NCBI GenBank assembly: GCA_963555815.3 | Contig: CAUVWX020000001.1 | Location: 480,001-544,000 of the forward strand | Origin: a bacterium | GTDB lineage: Bacteria > UBA8248 > JACPRG01 > G963555815 | Length of the DNA stretch: 64,000 bases | Reading direction: 5' to 3' | Part shown: in pieces, positions 1 through 9,515 of the stretch | How positions within the stretch are numbered: the first letter of the stretch is position 1 | Layout of the letters: each line of letters opens with the position of its first letter | The notes under the pieces: generated by a model | Database searches by the model: none | What the model saw: the letters and a program-made list of their open reading frames with translations, nothing else | Told to the model about the DNA's origin: nothing | Program-made: the position numbers and the translations under genes

Positions 1-440
1 CCCAGGGTCCCGAGGTGGATATTTTTGTCGTAGGTGCTGTGATCCTGGCCGAGAGCGCATTTGATCCAAAGGCCCTCTCGGTGGCCGGGGCCCGAGGGCT
101 CCTGCAGATCATGCCCGCTACGGGTCGCCAAGTGGCCCTTAAACTCGGCCTCTCTCCACCAGACCCGGACCAACTTTATGATCCCTCCCTGAACCTGCTC
201 TTGGGACAAAGCCTCCTTGAAGATCTCCTGGGCCATTTCGAAGGGGCCCTGGCGCCGTCCCTGGCGAGCTACAACGCAGGCCGGAACGTCGCATCAAACT
301 GGTGGGAGAGATGGGGATATCTAGATGAGGCGACCTTCGTGGCCACCATCCCTTACGTGGAGACACGAGGGTACGTCCAGCGGACCCTGTCCTATTACCG
401 AGAGTATCAACAGATCTATGGACAAGAGGCTGCACCATGA
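1..440 (+). CDS. Soluble lytic murein transglycosylase (SLT domain), 5'-truncated by window edge
   Basis: Motifs ILAESAF, GARGLLQIMP, ASYNAG, IPYVETRGYV; adjacent to anmK. Confidence 0.9.
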   Translation, partial: QGPEVDIFVVGAVILAESAFDPKALSVAGARGLLQIMPATGRQVALKLGLSPPDPDQLYDPSLNLLLGQSLLEDLLGHFEGALAPSLASYNAGRNVASNWWERWGYLDEATFVATIPYVETRGYVQRTLSYYREYQQIYGQEAAP

Positions 441-1765
441 GGATCCAGGGAGTCCCCCTGATGGGGCTCATGTCAGGGACCTCGGCCGATGGGGTGGATG
501 CGGCGCTCATCTCCCTAAGAGAGTCCAAGGGAAAGACCGGAGGTCCTCGGGTCAGGGTGCACGCCCACGCAATCTACCCCTTTCCCACCTCCCTGAGGCG
601 TCAGATCCTGGCCTTTTCTGAGTTTTCCCCCGGCTCCAAAAACAGCCAATCCGGCTTAAATGCCCAGCCCGCGGCGTCGATATTGGCCCTTCACGTTGCC
701 CTGGGAGAACGGTTTGCGGACGCGGCCACTAAAATAGCTCGTGAGGCGGGTGTGAGCCTCTCCAAGGTAAAGGTGATCGGCTCCCACGGACAGACGATCT
801 CTCATCGCCCTCCCCTTGGGCCCAGACGAAAGCCTCTCCCTGGGAGCCTTCAACTGGGAGAGGCTGCCCTGATCGCCGAAAGGACAGGCGTGACGACAGT
901 GGCCGACTTCCGCCCTTCTGATATAGCGGCGGGAGGTCTCGGCGCCCCCCTCACCCCCTATGCCCACCGAATTCTTTTTGCCCGTCCGGACAGGGGCGTC
1001 CTTGTGATAAACCTGGGAGGGGTTGCCAACGTGACTTTCATTCCCCCCGCCGATCGTCCAGACGACCCTGCTGGACTTTCCACTCTCAGAGGCTTCGATA
1101 CAGGTCCAGGGAACCTTTTAATGGACGCCGCTTCAAGACAGGTGAGCCGGGGAAAGAGACCTTTTGACCCCGGCGGGAGCTGGGCCCTGAGAGGCCGAAG
1201 GGACGACACCCTCCTCTGTTGGCTCATGCGCCATCCCTTCATCCGGCGACCTCCTCCGAAGGCCACAGGGCGGGAAGATTTCGGGCAAAATTACCTGGAG
1301 GAGGTCATGAAAATGTTTCTTTCCAAGCGAGGTCAAAAAACTTTTGGGATTCGCTCCCAGTCCTTCCGGGACCTCATGGCCACCTTGTCGGCCTTCACCA
1401 CTCAGGCGATAGGAAAGCAGGTGAAACGGTTTCTCCTGCCCCGGGGCGGGGTGAGCGGGGTGGGGGGGGTGGGCGAGGTGGTCGTGTGTGGAGGGGGGGT
1501 CCATAACCGGACCCTCATGGCCGGGCTTGCAGAGGAGTTCCCGGAGATACCGGTCGTCCGATCCGACGATCGAGGCGTCCCAGCGGACGCGGTGGAGGCC
1601 GCCGCCTTCGCCCTCCTGGCCGACGCGGCCCTGCAGGGAATCCCCGCCAACGTCCCGGCTATCACAGGGGCGCGAAGGGCTGTCGTCCTAGGGAAAGTGA
1701 TCGCGGCGGGGGGGGGGTACCTGAGAAGGCGCCCATGGCCTGGGCCGTCGGGAGAATCGCCATAA
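437..1765 (+). CDS. anmK: Anhydro-N-acetylmuramic acid kinase
   Basis: GLMSGTSADGVD, IGSHGQT, DFRPSDIAAGGLGAPL, FDTGPGN, EAAAFALLA motifs; ATGA overlap with slt. Confidence 0.95.
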   Translation: MRIQGVPLMGLMSGTSADGVDAALISLRESKGKTGGPRVRVHAHAIYPFPTSLRRQILAFSEFSPGSKNSQSGLNAQPAASILALHVALGERFADAATKIAREAGVSLSKVKVIGSHGQTISHRPPLGPRRKPLPGSLQLGEAALIAERTGVTTVADFRPSDIAAGGLGAPLTPYAHRILFARPDRGVLVINLGGVANVTFIPPADRPDDPAGLSTLRGFDTGPGNLLMDAASRQVSRGKRPFDPGGSWALRGRRDDTLLCWLMRHPFIRRPPPKATGREDFGQNYLEEVMKMFLSKRGQKTFGIRSQSFRDLMATLSAFTTQAIGKQVKRFLLPRGGVSGVGGVGEVVVCGGGVHNRTLMAGLAEEFPEIPVVRSDDRGVPADAVEAAAFALLADAALQGIPANVPAITGARRAVVLGKVIAAGGGYLRRRPWPGPSGESP

Positions 1766-1788
1766 GGGATACGTCAGGAGGGACGCCC

Positions 1789-2106
1789 ATGTTCACCAAG
1801 CAATTCTTCTCACAGGAGCTGGAAGGGTTTGCGAAGAGGTATGCTGAACGTCACGGGTGCCAGATACCCTACGTCGAGGTGGCCATGAATGGGGGAAAAT
1901 CTTTCTTTCTCGCTGACGTCATAGCGGAGGATGACAAAGGGCCCATCGCCTTTGAGGCCTATCCCGAGGTGGGTGGAATGGAAGAACCCCCCCAGTGGGT
2001 CTTCCTCCCGTATGATCAGATTACCCGCGTCCAGATCTACGCTCACCGCCCGAGACACGCCCCCAAGCGAGAGGTTTTGGGGTTCCGCCCTCAGAGTACT
2101 TCTTGA
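1789..2106 (+). CDS. Hypothetical protein (105 aa)
   Basis: AGGAGG RBS before ATG 1789; co-oriented in gene run; near-terminal LGF motif. Confidence 0.7.
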   Translation: MFTKQFFSQELEGFAKRYAERHGCQIPYVEVAMNGGKSFFLADVIAEDDKGPIAFEAYPEVGGMEEPPQWVFLPYDQITRVQIYAHRPRHAPKREVLGFRPQSTS

Positions 2107-2182
2107 GGGAATTTGGGGGGAGACCCAGGCTCAGCGGAGATTCGCTCAGTAAACTCTTTCTCCTTTCCAACGGGAGAGCACC

Positions 2183-3145
2183 ATGAAATATCGGACCCTC
2201 GGACAGACGGACCTAAAGGCTTCTCGCATCTGCCTTGGGACGATGCAGTTCGGCTGGACAGCCGACGAAAAAACCTCTTATCAGGTCCTGGACGCCTTCT
2301 TCAAGGCCGGAGGGAATTTTATCGACACGGCCAACATGTACAGCAGTTGGACTCCAAAGAGCTACGGGGGCCGCTCCGAGGAGATCATCGGCCAGTGGAT
2401 GGCACGGAGGAAAAATCGTTCGAAGATCATTCTGGCGACCAAGGTGAGGGGAAAGATGTGGAAAGGCTCGGACGGAGAGGGGCTCCACCGGGACCATATC
2501 CTCCCGGCGCTGGAGGGAAGCCTTCAGCGCTTGAAGACGGATCACGTGGATCTCTACCAGACCCACTGGTCGGACTCCAATGTCCCTCACGAGGACACGC
2601 TTCAGACGCTGGATGATCTCATGCGCCAGGGAAAGGTTCGCCACGTGGGCTGCTCGAACTACTCCGCCAAGGAGCTCGGCGAGTCTCTCCGCGCCAGCAA
2701 AAAGAAGGGCATCATCCGCTTTGAATCCCATCAGCCCTACTACAACCTCATCGACCGCAAGGATTTCGAGCAGGAGCTTCTGGGCCTCTGCCAAAAGGAG
2801 GGGATCGGCGTCATCCCCTACTCCCCGCTTGCCCAGGGCTTTCTCACGGGAAAGTATGACAAGCAAAAACCCCCTCCTGACTCAGACAGGGCGAAGGGGG
2901 TCAAGGAAAAATTTTGGAGCGACCGAGCCTTTCAGATCCTCGACCAGGTGAGAAAAGAGGCGGCCTCGCTCTCGACCTCACCCACAGCTGTAGCCCTCGC
3001 CTGGCTGCTCGCGAACCCAGTCATCGCCGCTCCCATCATCGGCGCCAACACCCCGGACCAGCTCCAGGCAAGTCTCGCCGCCGCAGAGCTAAATCTCCCT
3101 GAAGACAAGAAGGCGGCCCTCGACCGGGTGAGCGCGTGGCAATAG
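2183..3145 (+). CDS. Aldo/keto reductase
   Basis: CLGTMQFG, FIDTANMY, LATKV, DLYQTH, GKVRHVGCSN, IPYSPLAQG motifs. Confidence 0.95.
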   Translation: MKYRTLGQTDLKASRICLGTMQFGWTADEKTSYQVLDAFFKAGGNFIDTANMYSSWTPKSYGGRSEEIIGQWMARRKNRSKIILATKVRGKMWKGSDGEGLHRDHILPALEGSLQRLKTDHVDLYQTHWSDSNVPHEDTLQTLDDLMRQGKVRHVGCSNYSAKELGESLRASKKKGIIRFESHQPYYNLIDRKDFEQELLGLCQKEGIGVIPYSPLAQGFLTGKYDKQKPPPDSDRAKGVKEKFWSDRAFQILDQVRKEAASLSTSPTAVALAWLLANPVIAAPIIGANTPDQLQASLAAAELNLPEDKKAALDRVSAWQ

Positions 3146-3202
3146 ATTGTTTCGAAGATGGCTCGCGGGAGGAGCAACCGGTAAAAAGTTAGGAGCCTGA
3201 AG

Positions 3203-4156
3203 ATGAAGGTGGCAATTGTTGAGGCCGGCGCGGTAGGAGGATACTATGGGGCGGTTCTGGCGAAGAGCGGCGAGGAGGTCGCGTTCATCGCCAGGGGGGC
3301 CCACCTTGAGGCCATGCAGCAAAAAGGCCTTCAGGTGGACAGCGTCCCGGGGGATTTCTTGCTCCCGGCTGCAAATTTCACGGCGACCGAGAACCCGGCT
3401 GACGTGGGCCCGGTGGATCTCGTCTTCTTCTCGGTCAAGACCTATGGGACGAAGGCCGCCGCCCGATCCATTCCACCGCTACTTGGCCCCGAGACAGTCA
3501 TCCTGACGGTCCAAAATGGGGTGGATAATGTGGACCGGATCCTCCAGGCCCTCGCCCCCCTGAACCCCCCTGCCTTAGCTGGCGCCGTATACATCGAGGC
3601 CACCCTGAAAGCCCCGGGCCACATCGTTCAGGGCGGAGGTCCACGCCGCCTTGTCTTCGGCGAGCTTGATGGCCGAATCACTCAAAGGGGCAAAACCATT
3701 TTGGAGAGTATGGAGCGGGCTGAGATCCCCTGCGAATTCGTCTCCGACATCGAGGAAGCCCTCTGGACAAAATTCCTCTACATCTGCCCTATGAGCGGGC
3801 TGACGGCCGTCACGAGCCGCGGCATTCGGGCCATTCTGGACCTCCCAGAGACCCGGGCCCTCTTTGTGGAGGCCATGCAAGAAGTGGACGCACTGGCCCG
3901 ATCCCGCGGCGTGACGCTCCCCAAGGACGCCGGGGAGAAAACCCTCGCCTTCGCCGATGGGCTCCCCGACATGCGGTCCTCTCTACAAAAAGATCTGGAG
4001 GCCGGCCGACCCCTTGAGATCGAAAGTTTGAGCGGGGCGGTCGTCCGCCTGGGGGAGGAGGCTGGGGTCCAGACACCGATCCACCGGGTCCTTTATGCTT
4101 GCCTGAAGGCCCAGGACCCCGGTGGACAGGCCCAGAGAAGCCAGCGCAATCCATGA
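3203..4156 (+). CDS. panE: Ketopantoate reductase family protein (2-dehydropantoate 2-reductase)
   Basis: AGAVGGYYG, SVKTY, VQNGVD, WTKF, SSLQKDLEAGRPLEIE motifs. Confidence 0.85.
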   Translation: MKVAIVEAGAVGGYYGAVLAKSGEEVAFIARGAHLEAMQQKGLQVDSVPGDFLLPAANFTATENPADVGPVDLVFFSVKTYGTKAAARSIPPLLGPETVILTVQNGVDNVDRILQALAPLNPPALAGAVYIEATLKAPGHIVQGGGPRRLVFGELDGRITQRGKTILESMERAEIPCEFVSDIEEALWTKFLYICPMSGLTAVTSRGIRAILDLPETRALFVEAMQEVDALARSRGVTLPKDAGEKTLAFADGLPDMRSSLQKDLEAGRPLEIESLSGAVVRLGEEAGVQTPIHRVLYACLKAQDPGGQAQRSQRNP

Positions 4157-5178
4157 AGGCCGTTATCGTCCACGCCCACGGGGGCCTGGAGGCCCTGAAG
4201 TATGAAGAGGTAAAGCGCCCCACCCCGGGCCCAGAGGAAGCCCTCGTCGCCGTCAAGGCCTGCGCCCTGAATCGACTCGACATCTGGGTCCGGGCGGGAA
4301 TACCCGGGCGGAAGATCGGCCTCCCTAGAATCCCGGGCTCCGACATCGCCGGCGAGGTGGCTGAGGTGGGGGCGGGCGTGAAGGAGACGCCGGGCGACCC
4401 GGTCGTCGTTCACACCGTCCTCTCTTGCGGCAAGTGCGAGTTTTGCCGCGATGGGCGGGACAACCTCTGCTCCCAAATGGGAATCTTCGGGGTCGCCGCC
4501 GATGGAGGCTATGCGGAGTTCGTCAAGGTCCCGGCTCGAAACCTTCTACCCCTTCCCAAGACCCTCTCCTTCGACGAGGCCTCCACCGCCCCCGTCGTCT
4601 TTCTGACTGCCTGGCACATGTTGGTCACGCGCGGAAATCTTCGGGCGGGGGAAGAGGTCCTCGTCCTAGCGGCGGGAAGCGGGGTCGGCGCCGCCTCTAT
4701 TCAGATCGCAAAGCTCTGCGGGGCCCGCGTCATTGCCACCGCCGGAGACGACGAAAAGGTGAAGAAGGCGAAAATCCTCGGCGCCGATGAGGCAATCAAC
4801 TATCGAACTTCCCCCTTCGATGAGGCGGTCCACGACCTCACGCAGGGAAAAGGGGTTGATATGGTGGTGGAGACCGTCGGCAAAGAGACCCTCCCGAAGA
4901 GCCTCGACAGCCTCCGCAAAGAGGGGCGGGTCGTCCTCTGTGGGACCACGAGTGGCCCCACCGTCGAGATCGACTACCGAAAACTCTACATGACCCACAA
5001 GTCCGTCATCGGGTCGACCCTGGGGACCCGGGAGGAGTTCGCAAAGATCCTAACCCTCCTCGCCGACGGACGTCTGAAGACCACCATCGACCGCACTTTT
5101 CCTCTGGAGCGGGCTGCAGAGGCCCAAAAAGTCCTTCAGGATCGGGCCCAGTTCGGAAAACTCATCCTGCACCCCTGA
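4153..5178 (+). CDS. Zinc-binding alcohol dehydrogenase/quinone oxidoreductase (MDR family)
   Basis: CGKCEFC..C structural Zn motif, AAGSGVG, QFGKLIL; ATG 4153 overlaps panE stop. Confidence 0.9.
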   Translation: MKAVIVHAHGGLEALKYEEVKRPTPGPEEALVAVKACALNRLDIWVRAGIPGRKIGLPRIPGSDIAGEVAEVGAGVKETPGDPVVVHTVLSCGKCEFCRDGRDNLCSQMGIFGVAADGGYAEFVKVPARNLLPLPKTLSFDEASTAPVVFLTAWHMLVTRGNLRAGEEVLVLAAGSGVGAASIQIAKLCGARVIATAGDDEKVKKAKILGADEAINYRTSPFDEAVHDLTQGKGVDMVVETVGKETLPKSLDSLRKEGRVVLCGTTSGPTVEIDYRKLYMTHKSVIGSTLGTREEFAKILTLLADGRLKTTIDRTFPLERAAEAQKVLQDRAQFGKLILHP

Positions 5179-5250
5179 GAGACGGCAAACCCTTCGCCGC
5201 ACCAAAATCGTTCTATTGGGGAGAAAACCGAAGGGGCCTCGAACCGGAGG

Positions 5251-6984
5251 TCAGGGGGGCTGGGTGGAGGCGGACGAGGCGGCCATTCCCTCGAGAGCCA
5301 TTTCAAGCTCTTCATAGAGGGTGCGCATCTCGCCTCGGATCGCAGTGGGAAGGGCTTTCAGCTTCTTGCGGGCGTCCGCGAGGACCTGGGCAGTATTGGT
5401 GAGCCCTTCTCCACGCCCTCGCTGGCATGCCTCCTGGATCCTATTCATGGCCGTGCGGACGTAACCGTCGAATTCGTGGACGGCGATCCGCTCAACGGTG
5501 AGCTCATGAAAGTGCACGCCCACGATTCCATGAAAGACGGCGGTCCAGAACTTAGAGGGATTCCTGAAGAGTGTTCGGACCAGGAACTTGCCGTAAGCTC
5601 GTCCATACCGGGACTTTGGGATCATTAAAATGGATTTGATGAAGGCCCAGAGCCGGCGGAAAGTGAACTGGATGGTTCGGCAATTGTTCTTCCCCAGATG
5701 GGCGTAAAGAGTCTCCACGCGCTTGAAGTAGTTCGCCGGTTTCCCGTAGATCTCGTGAAGGACGTTCTTGTAGGCTTTGATCAGTATCTTGGGGTCCTGA
5801 ATGGTCTTGAAATTGAAGCTGAACTCGAAGGTGTTGTTCCCCTCGCGCACGGCGCTGGTGTGGATCAGGCGGCTCTCCTTCTTGAACCGGTCGTAGAGTG
5901 GGCTCCCTGGGACGGCCGTGAGCAACCCCGCCATGGCCGTCGGGATACCCGAGTCTTGAATGAAGTTGATTAGGTGTCTGTCGACATCAGGCGGATCGTT
6001 GTCAAAGCCAATGATGAAACCCGCCGTCACCTCCATGCCGATCCGTTGGACCTTCCTGACCGATTCAAGGAGATCACATTTGACGTTCTGGAGCTTCTTG
6101 GTCTCCCGAAGGCTGGCGTCGATGGGAGTCTCGATCCCCAGGAAGACGGTCTCGAACCCGGCTTCGACCATTCCGGCCATGAGGTCATCGTCCGCCGCCA
6201 GGTTGACGCTGGCCTGGGTGTAGAACCGGAAGGGCCTGTCGTGCGCCTCTTGCCACTGGGTGATGTGCGGCAGGAGGAGCTTGGCAGACTTTTTGTTGCC
6301 GATGAAGTTATCATCCACCCAGAAGATGCTTCCTCGCCAACCCTGCCGGTAGAGCACCTCCAGCTCCGCGATGGACTTGTCGGCGGATTTGTACCGGGTG
6401 GTTTTCCCGAACAGCTCCGGGATGTCGCAAAACTCACACTTAAATGGGCAACCGCGGGACACCTGCATCGCCATGGCCGCGTATTGGTTCAGCCGAATCA
6501 TGTCGTACCGGGGCAGCGGCGACTTGCTGATGTCGGGCCGATCGTTATGGATGTCCAGGATGATCTGCTCCCGCGACGCGATCATCCCGTCGAAGGCCTC
6601 GACGAATTCGGCGTTGTCCGCCTCGCCGAGGACAAAGTGAGGGTGGCCCTTGATCTGCTCGTGGCTGGAGGTCACATCAGGCCCCCCTACAACCACGGGC
6701 ACGCTGGTCTCCTCGCATCGCTCAATGATCCACTCCACAGATGGCCGCTGGACCATCATCCCTCCCGTGAGGACGACGTCCGCCCACGTGAGGTCCGCCG
6801 GCCGCAAGTCCGTGATGTTCAAATCTATCAGGCGGGTGTCGCAGTCCTGGGGGAGCATTCCCGCGACCGTCAACAAACCGAGAGGCGGGTGGGAGGCGTG
6901 CAGGCCAAGGAACTCCAGGGCTCGCTGGTGGCCCCAGAAGCTTTCAGGAAATTTCGGATAGACGAGCAGAACCTGGGTCATCAT
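5251..6984 (-). CDS. B12-binding radical SAM protein (DUF4070/HpnP-like family)
   Basis: N-terminal cobalamin-binding domain (PPLGLLTVAGMLP, VVVGGP), CPFKCEFC radical SAM motif, VDDNFIGN. Confidence 0.9.
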   Translation of the reverse strand: MMTQVLLVYPKFPESFWGHQRALEFLGLHASHPPLGLLTVAGMLPQDCDTRLIDLNITDLRPADLTWADVVLTGGMMVQRPSVEWIIERCEETSVPVVVGGPDVTSSHEQIKGHPHFVLGEADNAEFVEAFDGMIASREQIILDIHNDRPDISKSPLPRYDMIRLNQYAAMAMQVSRGCPFKCEFCDIPELFGKTTRYKSADKSIAELEVLYRQGWRGSIFWVDDNFIGNKKSAKLLLPHITQWQEAHDRPFRFYTQASVNLAADDDLMAGMVEAGFETVFLGIETPIDASLRETKKLQNVKCDLLESVRKVQRIGMEVTAGFIIGFDNDPPDVDRHLINFIQDSGIPTAMAGLLTAVPGSPLYDRFKKESRLIHTSAVREGNNTFEFSFNFKTIQDPKILIKAYKNVLHEIYGKPANYFKRVETLYAHLGKNNCRTIQFTFRRLWAFIKSILMIPKSRYGRAYGKFLVRTLFRNPSKFWTAVFHGIVGVHFHELTVERIAVHEFDGYVRTAMNRIQEACQRGRGEGLTNTAQVLADARKKLKALPTAIRGEMRTLYEELEMALEGMAASSASTQPP

Positions 6985-7443
6985 TCTTCCTAGACGAGGT
7001 TGGCGAGTGGCCAAAAATTCTTCTGGAACTGAACACTCACCCACGCTTTGGACCCGCAAGCGGGAACCCCACTTGAGGCAGGTGTGGGCTGCTTCCTGCA
7101 GAGCCTCGACTGGGGGTACCCATTTACCGACATAGATTTAATCGACTCATGGGTTCTTTTTCCCCCAACCTTTTTTCCTGGAACCGATTGTGCTAGTTTC
7201 CGTGGTGAAGTGTACTAGGTTATCGTCCCGGGCACAACCTCCCGTTTGAGATTTCTTCCTTCTCAAGCTGTGGCCCCAGCCCGGTTTTTCCTTTCCGGTG
7301 CAAATGGGCTACCGAAGGAAGCCGTTGCGCCCCCAAATAGGTCTCCTATATACTTGAAAAGTAGCCACTATTGGGCTTGTTCCGCTCTTGATCCGACGGT
7401 TGGAACAGAATTGGGAAACTTGAGTTGGAGCCCCCCCCAGCTA

Positions 7444-8226
7444 ATGCCCTTTGAGCGCATCGAGAGGGAAGGGGTTGTCTTCTATGCCGCCGAGGAGGGA
7501 GACGGGGGGCTTTCGTGCGCCTTCAGCACCCGCCAAGGCGGTGTGAGCGAAGGCCGATGTGCCTCTATGAACCTGGGCCTCACCAGGCATGACCCGAAGG
7601 AGAATGTCCTGGAGAATCGGCGCAGGTTCGAGATGGCAGCGGGCTTTTCGCGGCCGAAGATGCTTCGCCAAGTCCATAGCGCCACCGTCCTCGACATTCC
7701 CAGCGAAGAGGAGGATGGGGTCCAGGAGGGCGATGCCCTTGTCTCAGGCACCTTCGGCCGGGCCCTCGGCATCCTGACCGCAGACTGTCTTCCCGTCATC
7801 CTCCACGACCCGGTCCCCTCCGCCATCGGCATTGCCCATGCAAGCCGCGTGGGGACAGCGCAGGGGGTCTCGGCCGCCGCCGTGAAGAAGATGGTGGACC
7901 GGCACGGGGCCGACCCCTCGCGCCTTCGCGCCTACCTCGGCCCCGGCATCGGACCCTGTTGCTATGAAGTGGGAAAGGACGTCCTGGGGGACTATCAGAG
8001 GAGAGTCCCGGGCTGGCGCGAGTTCGCCACCCCCCGTGGGGAGGATAGATTTGCGCTGGACCTCTGGGGGCTAAACCGAAGCCAGCTTGAGTCAGCGGGG
8101 GTCCCGGCGCGGCAGATCCACTGCCTCGATCTGTGCACTGCCTGCCGACCTGAGGAGTTTTTCTCCTACCGCCGGGACGGCCTCGGGACCGGTCGGATGA
8201 TGAGCGTCGTTTTCTTGAAAGGCTGA
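7444..8226 (+). CDS. pgeF: YfiH/PgeF laccase-domain purine nucleoside phosphorylase
   Basis: FSTRQGGVS, QVHS, TADCLPV, GPGIGPCCYEVG, FFSYRR motifs. Confidence 0.92.
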   Translation: MPFERIEREGVVFYAAEEGDGGLSCAFSTRQGGVSEGRCASMNLGLTRHDPKENVLENRRRFEMAAGFSRPKMLRQVHSATVLDIPSEEEDGVQEGDALVSGTFGRALGILTADCLPVILHDPVPSAIGIAHASRVGTAQGVSAAAVKKMVDRHGADPSRLRAYLGPGIGPCCYEVGKDVLGDYQRRVPGWREFATPRGEDRFALDLWGLNRSQLESAGVPARQIHCLDLCTACRPEEFFSYRRDGLGTGRMMSVVFLKG

Positions 8227-8300
8227 TGAGCCCTGGCTCTGCAGAATTCTGGATCTTCTAGGGAGCCGTCCCACCACCCTATTCTCCCAAGGTCGGATTG

Positions 8301-8531
8301 ATGGGTTGGTTTCGCCACATATTGGCCGTGGGCCGAAAGATCCAGAAGGCCCTTGCCTTTCTGCTACTCCTCTTGAGCTATCTGTTGGTCATTGGCCCTT
8401 ACCACTATCTTTTCCTCCTCCGCAGGAAAGACGACTCCGGGTCCCTCTGGGGGCCCATGGCGCGTCGGGGCCGGTGGCATGAGAAGAAGAGATCCCCCTG
8501 CAACCCGCAATCTTTGAGAAAGCCTTATTGA
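8301..8531 (+). CDS. Small membrane protein, SxtJ-like
   Basis: Hydrophobic LAFLLLLLSYLLVIGP segment, basic C-terminus; lies in a carbamoyltransferase cassette. Confidence 0.65.
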   Translation: MGWFRHILAVGRKIQKALAFLLLLLSYLLVIGPYHYLFLLRRKDDSGSLWGPMARRGRWHEKKRSPCNPQSLRKPY

Positions 8532-8579
8532 TCGGCGAGTGAAAAGGCTTTCTGACCCAATCCCATATCTGAAGGGATC

Positions 8580-9515
8580 ATGAAACCCAACAGCGAGACA
8601 CCGAACCGGATAGAGGGTCCCGATATGAAGGGCCTCGGGCGGGATTCCCCCGGGGCACGCGTCGGGGAGACGGTGAAGGCCTTTTATGAGGAGTACCCCT
8701 TCCCCGGCTTCGACCTTCAGAAATACAGCTTCAGGAGGGACCTTTACCTGGCGGCGAGCTGGTACGCCAGGCTGATCGACCGGAGCATCCCTTCGGGCGT
8801 GAGGGTCGTAGATTTGGGATGCGGCACAGGGCAGCTGGCCCTCCTGTTGGGCCTAAAAAACCGCGAGGTCCTCGGGGTCGACTTTTCAAGACGGTCGGTG
8901 GAGAAAGCCCGGGCCTTGAAAGAAAAGCTGAAGGTGGAGAATACGGAGTTTCAAGAAGGAAACTTACTTTCTCTTCCCATTGCGGACGAGTCCTTTGATT
9001 ACACCCTTTGCAACGGCGTCTTACACCACACGGCGGACCCCTTCGCCGGATTTCGAAATCTCTGTCGAATCCTGCGGCCGAGGGGATACCTGGTCCTTGG
9101 CCTTTACAACCGATACGGCAGGGCCATCCACGGGCTCCGCCAAAAATGGGTCCAACTCAGAAAATCCACCCATCAGAGCCACGCGGCGGAAGATTTTTTT
9201 AAGCGCCAGTTCATCCACCGGGAACATGATGAGGAAAAAAAGGAGAGCTGGTTTGCGGATCAGTTCCTCCATCCCCATGAGTCCTGCCACACGGTCTCCG
9301 AGGTCCTGGGGTGGTTTCGATCCCAGGGGGTGCGCTACGTGTCGTCCCTTCCCCCCATCGAGTCCTTCGCGCGCATCCCCTCTCACCTCCTTCGGAGGTC
9401 ATCCGGCGGTCGGTTTCTCTCAAACCCCTTCGCTCACCTCTTGGTCCAGGGGGCCTGGATTTTCAGCCAGCATCATGCCGGGGGCTACTTCGTGATAATC
9501 GGGCAGAAGGAATGA
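8580..9515 (+). CDS. Class I SAM-dependent methyltransferase
   Basis: FYEEYPFP, VDLGCGTG, GVLHHT, DQFLHPHE motifs. Confidence 0.9.
   Translation: MKPNSETPNRIEGPDMKGLGRDSPGARVGETVKAFYEEYPFPGFDLQKYSFRRDLYLAASWYARLIDRSIPSGVRVVDLGCGTGQLALLLGLKNREVLGVDFSRRSVEKARALKEKLKVENTEFQEGNLLSLPIADESFDYTLCNGVLHHTADPFAGFRNLCRILRPRGYLVLGLYNRYGRAIHGLRQKWVQLRKSTHQSHAAEDFFKRQFIHREHDEEKKESWFADQFLHPHESCHTVSEVLGWFRSQGVRYVSSLPPIESFARIPSHLLRRSSGGRFLSNPFAHLLVQGAWIFSQHHAGGYFVIIGQKE

Noticed and set aside
1708..1717. G10 run in anmK and G9 runs in tolB and pyk as phase-variation tracts
   Set aside because: Frames are intact in housekeeping genes, and such runs are plausible by chance in Gly codons at this GC content
7037..7123. 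Short minus-strand ORF (MGTPSRGSAGSSPHLPQVGFPLAGPKRG) upstream of the radical SAM gene as a RiPP precursor
   Set aside because: No RBS, leader/core pattern, RRE/SPASM domain, protease or transporter
7178..7335. Sigma54-like GG-N10-GC (CTGGAACCGATTGTGCT) and a hairpin near 7297-7331 as a riboswitch
   Set aside because: Only a partial consensus match; the hairpin fits no riboswitch family I can recognise without a covariance search
9311..9511. N-terminal extension of the carbamoyltransferase ORF
   Set aside because: It overlaps the methyltransferase; the ATG at 9512 gives a standard stop/start overlap
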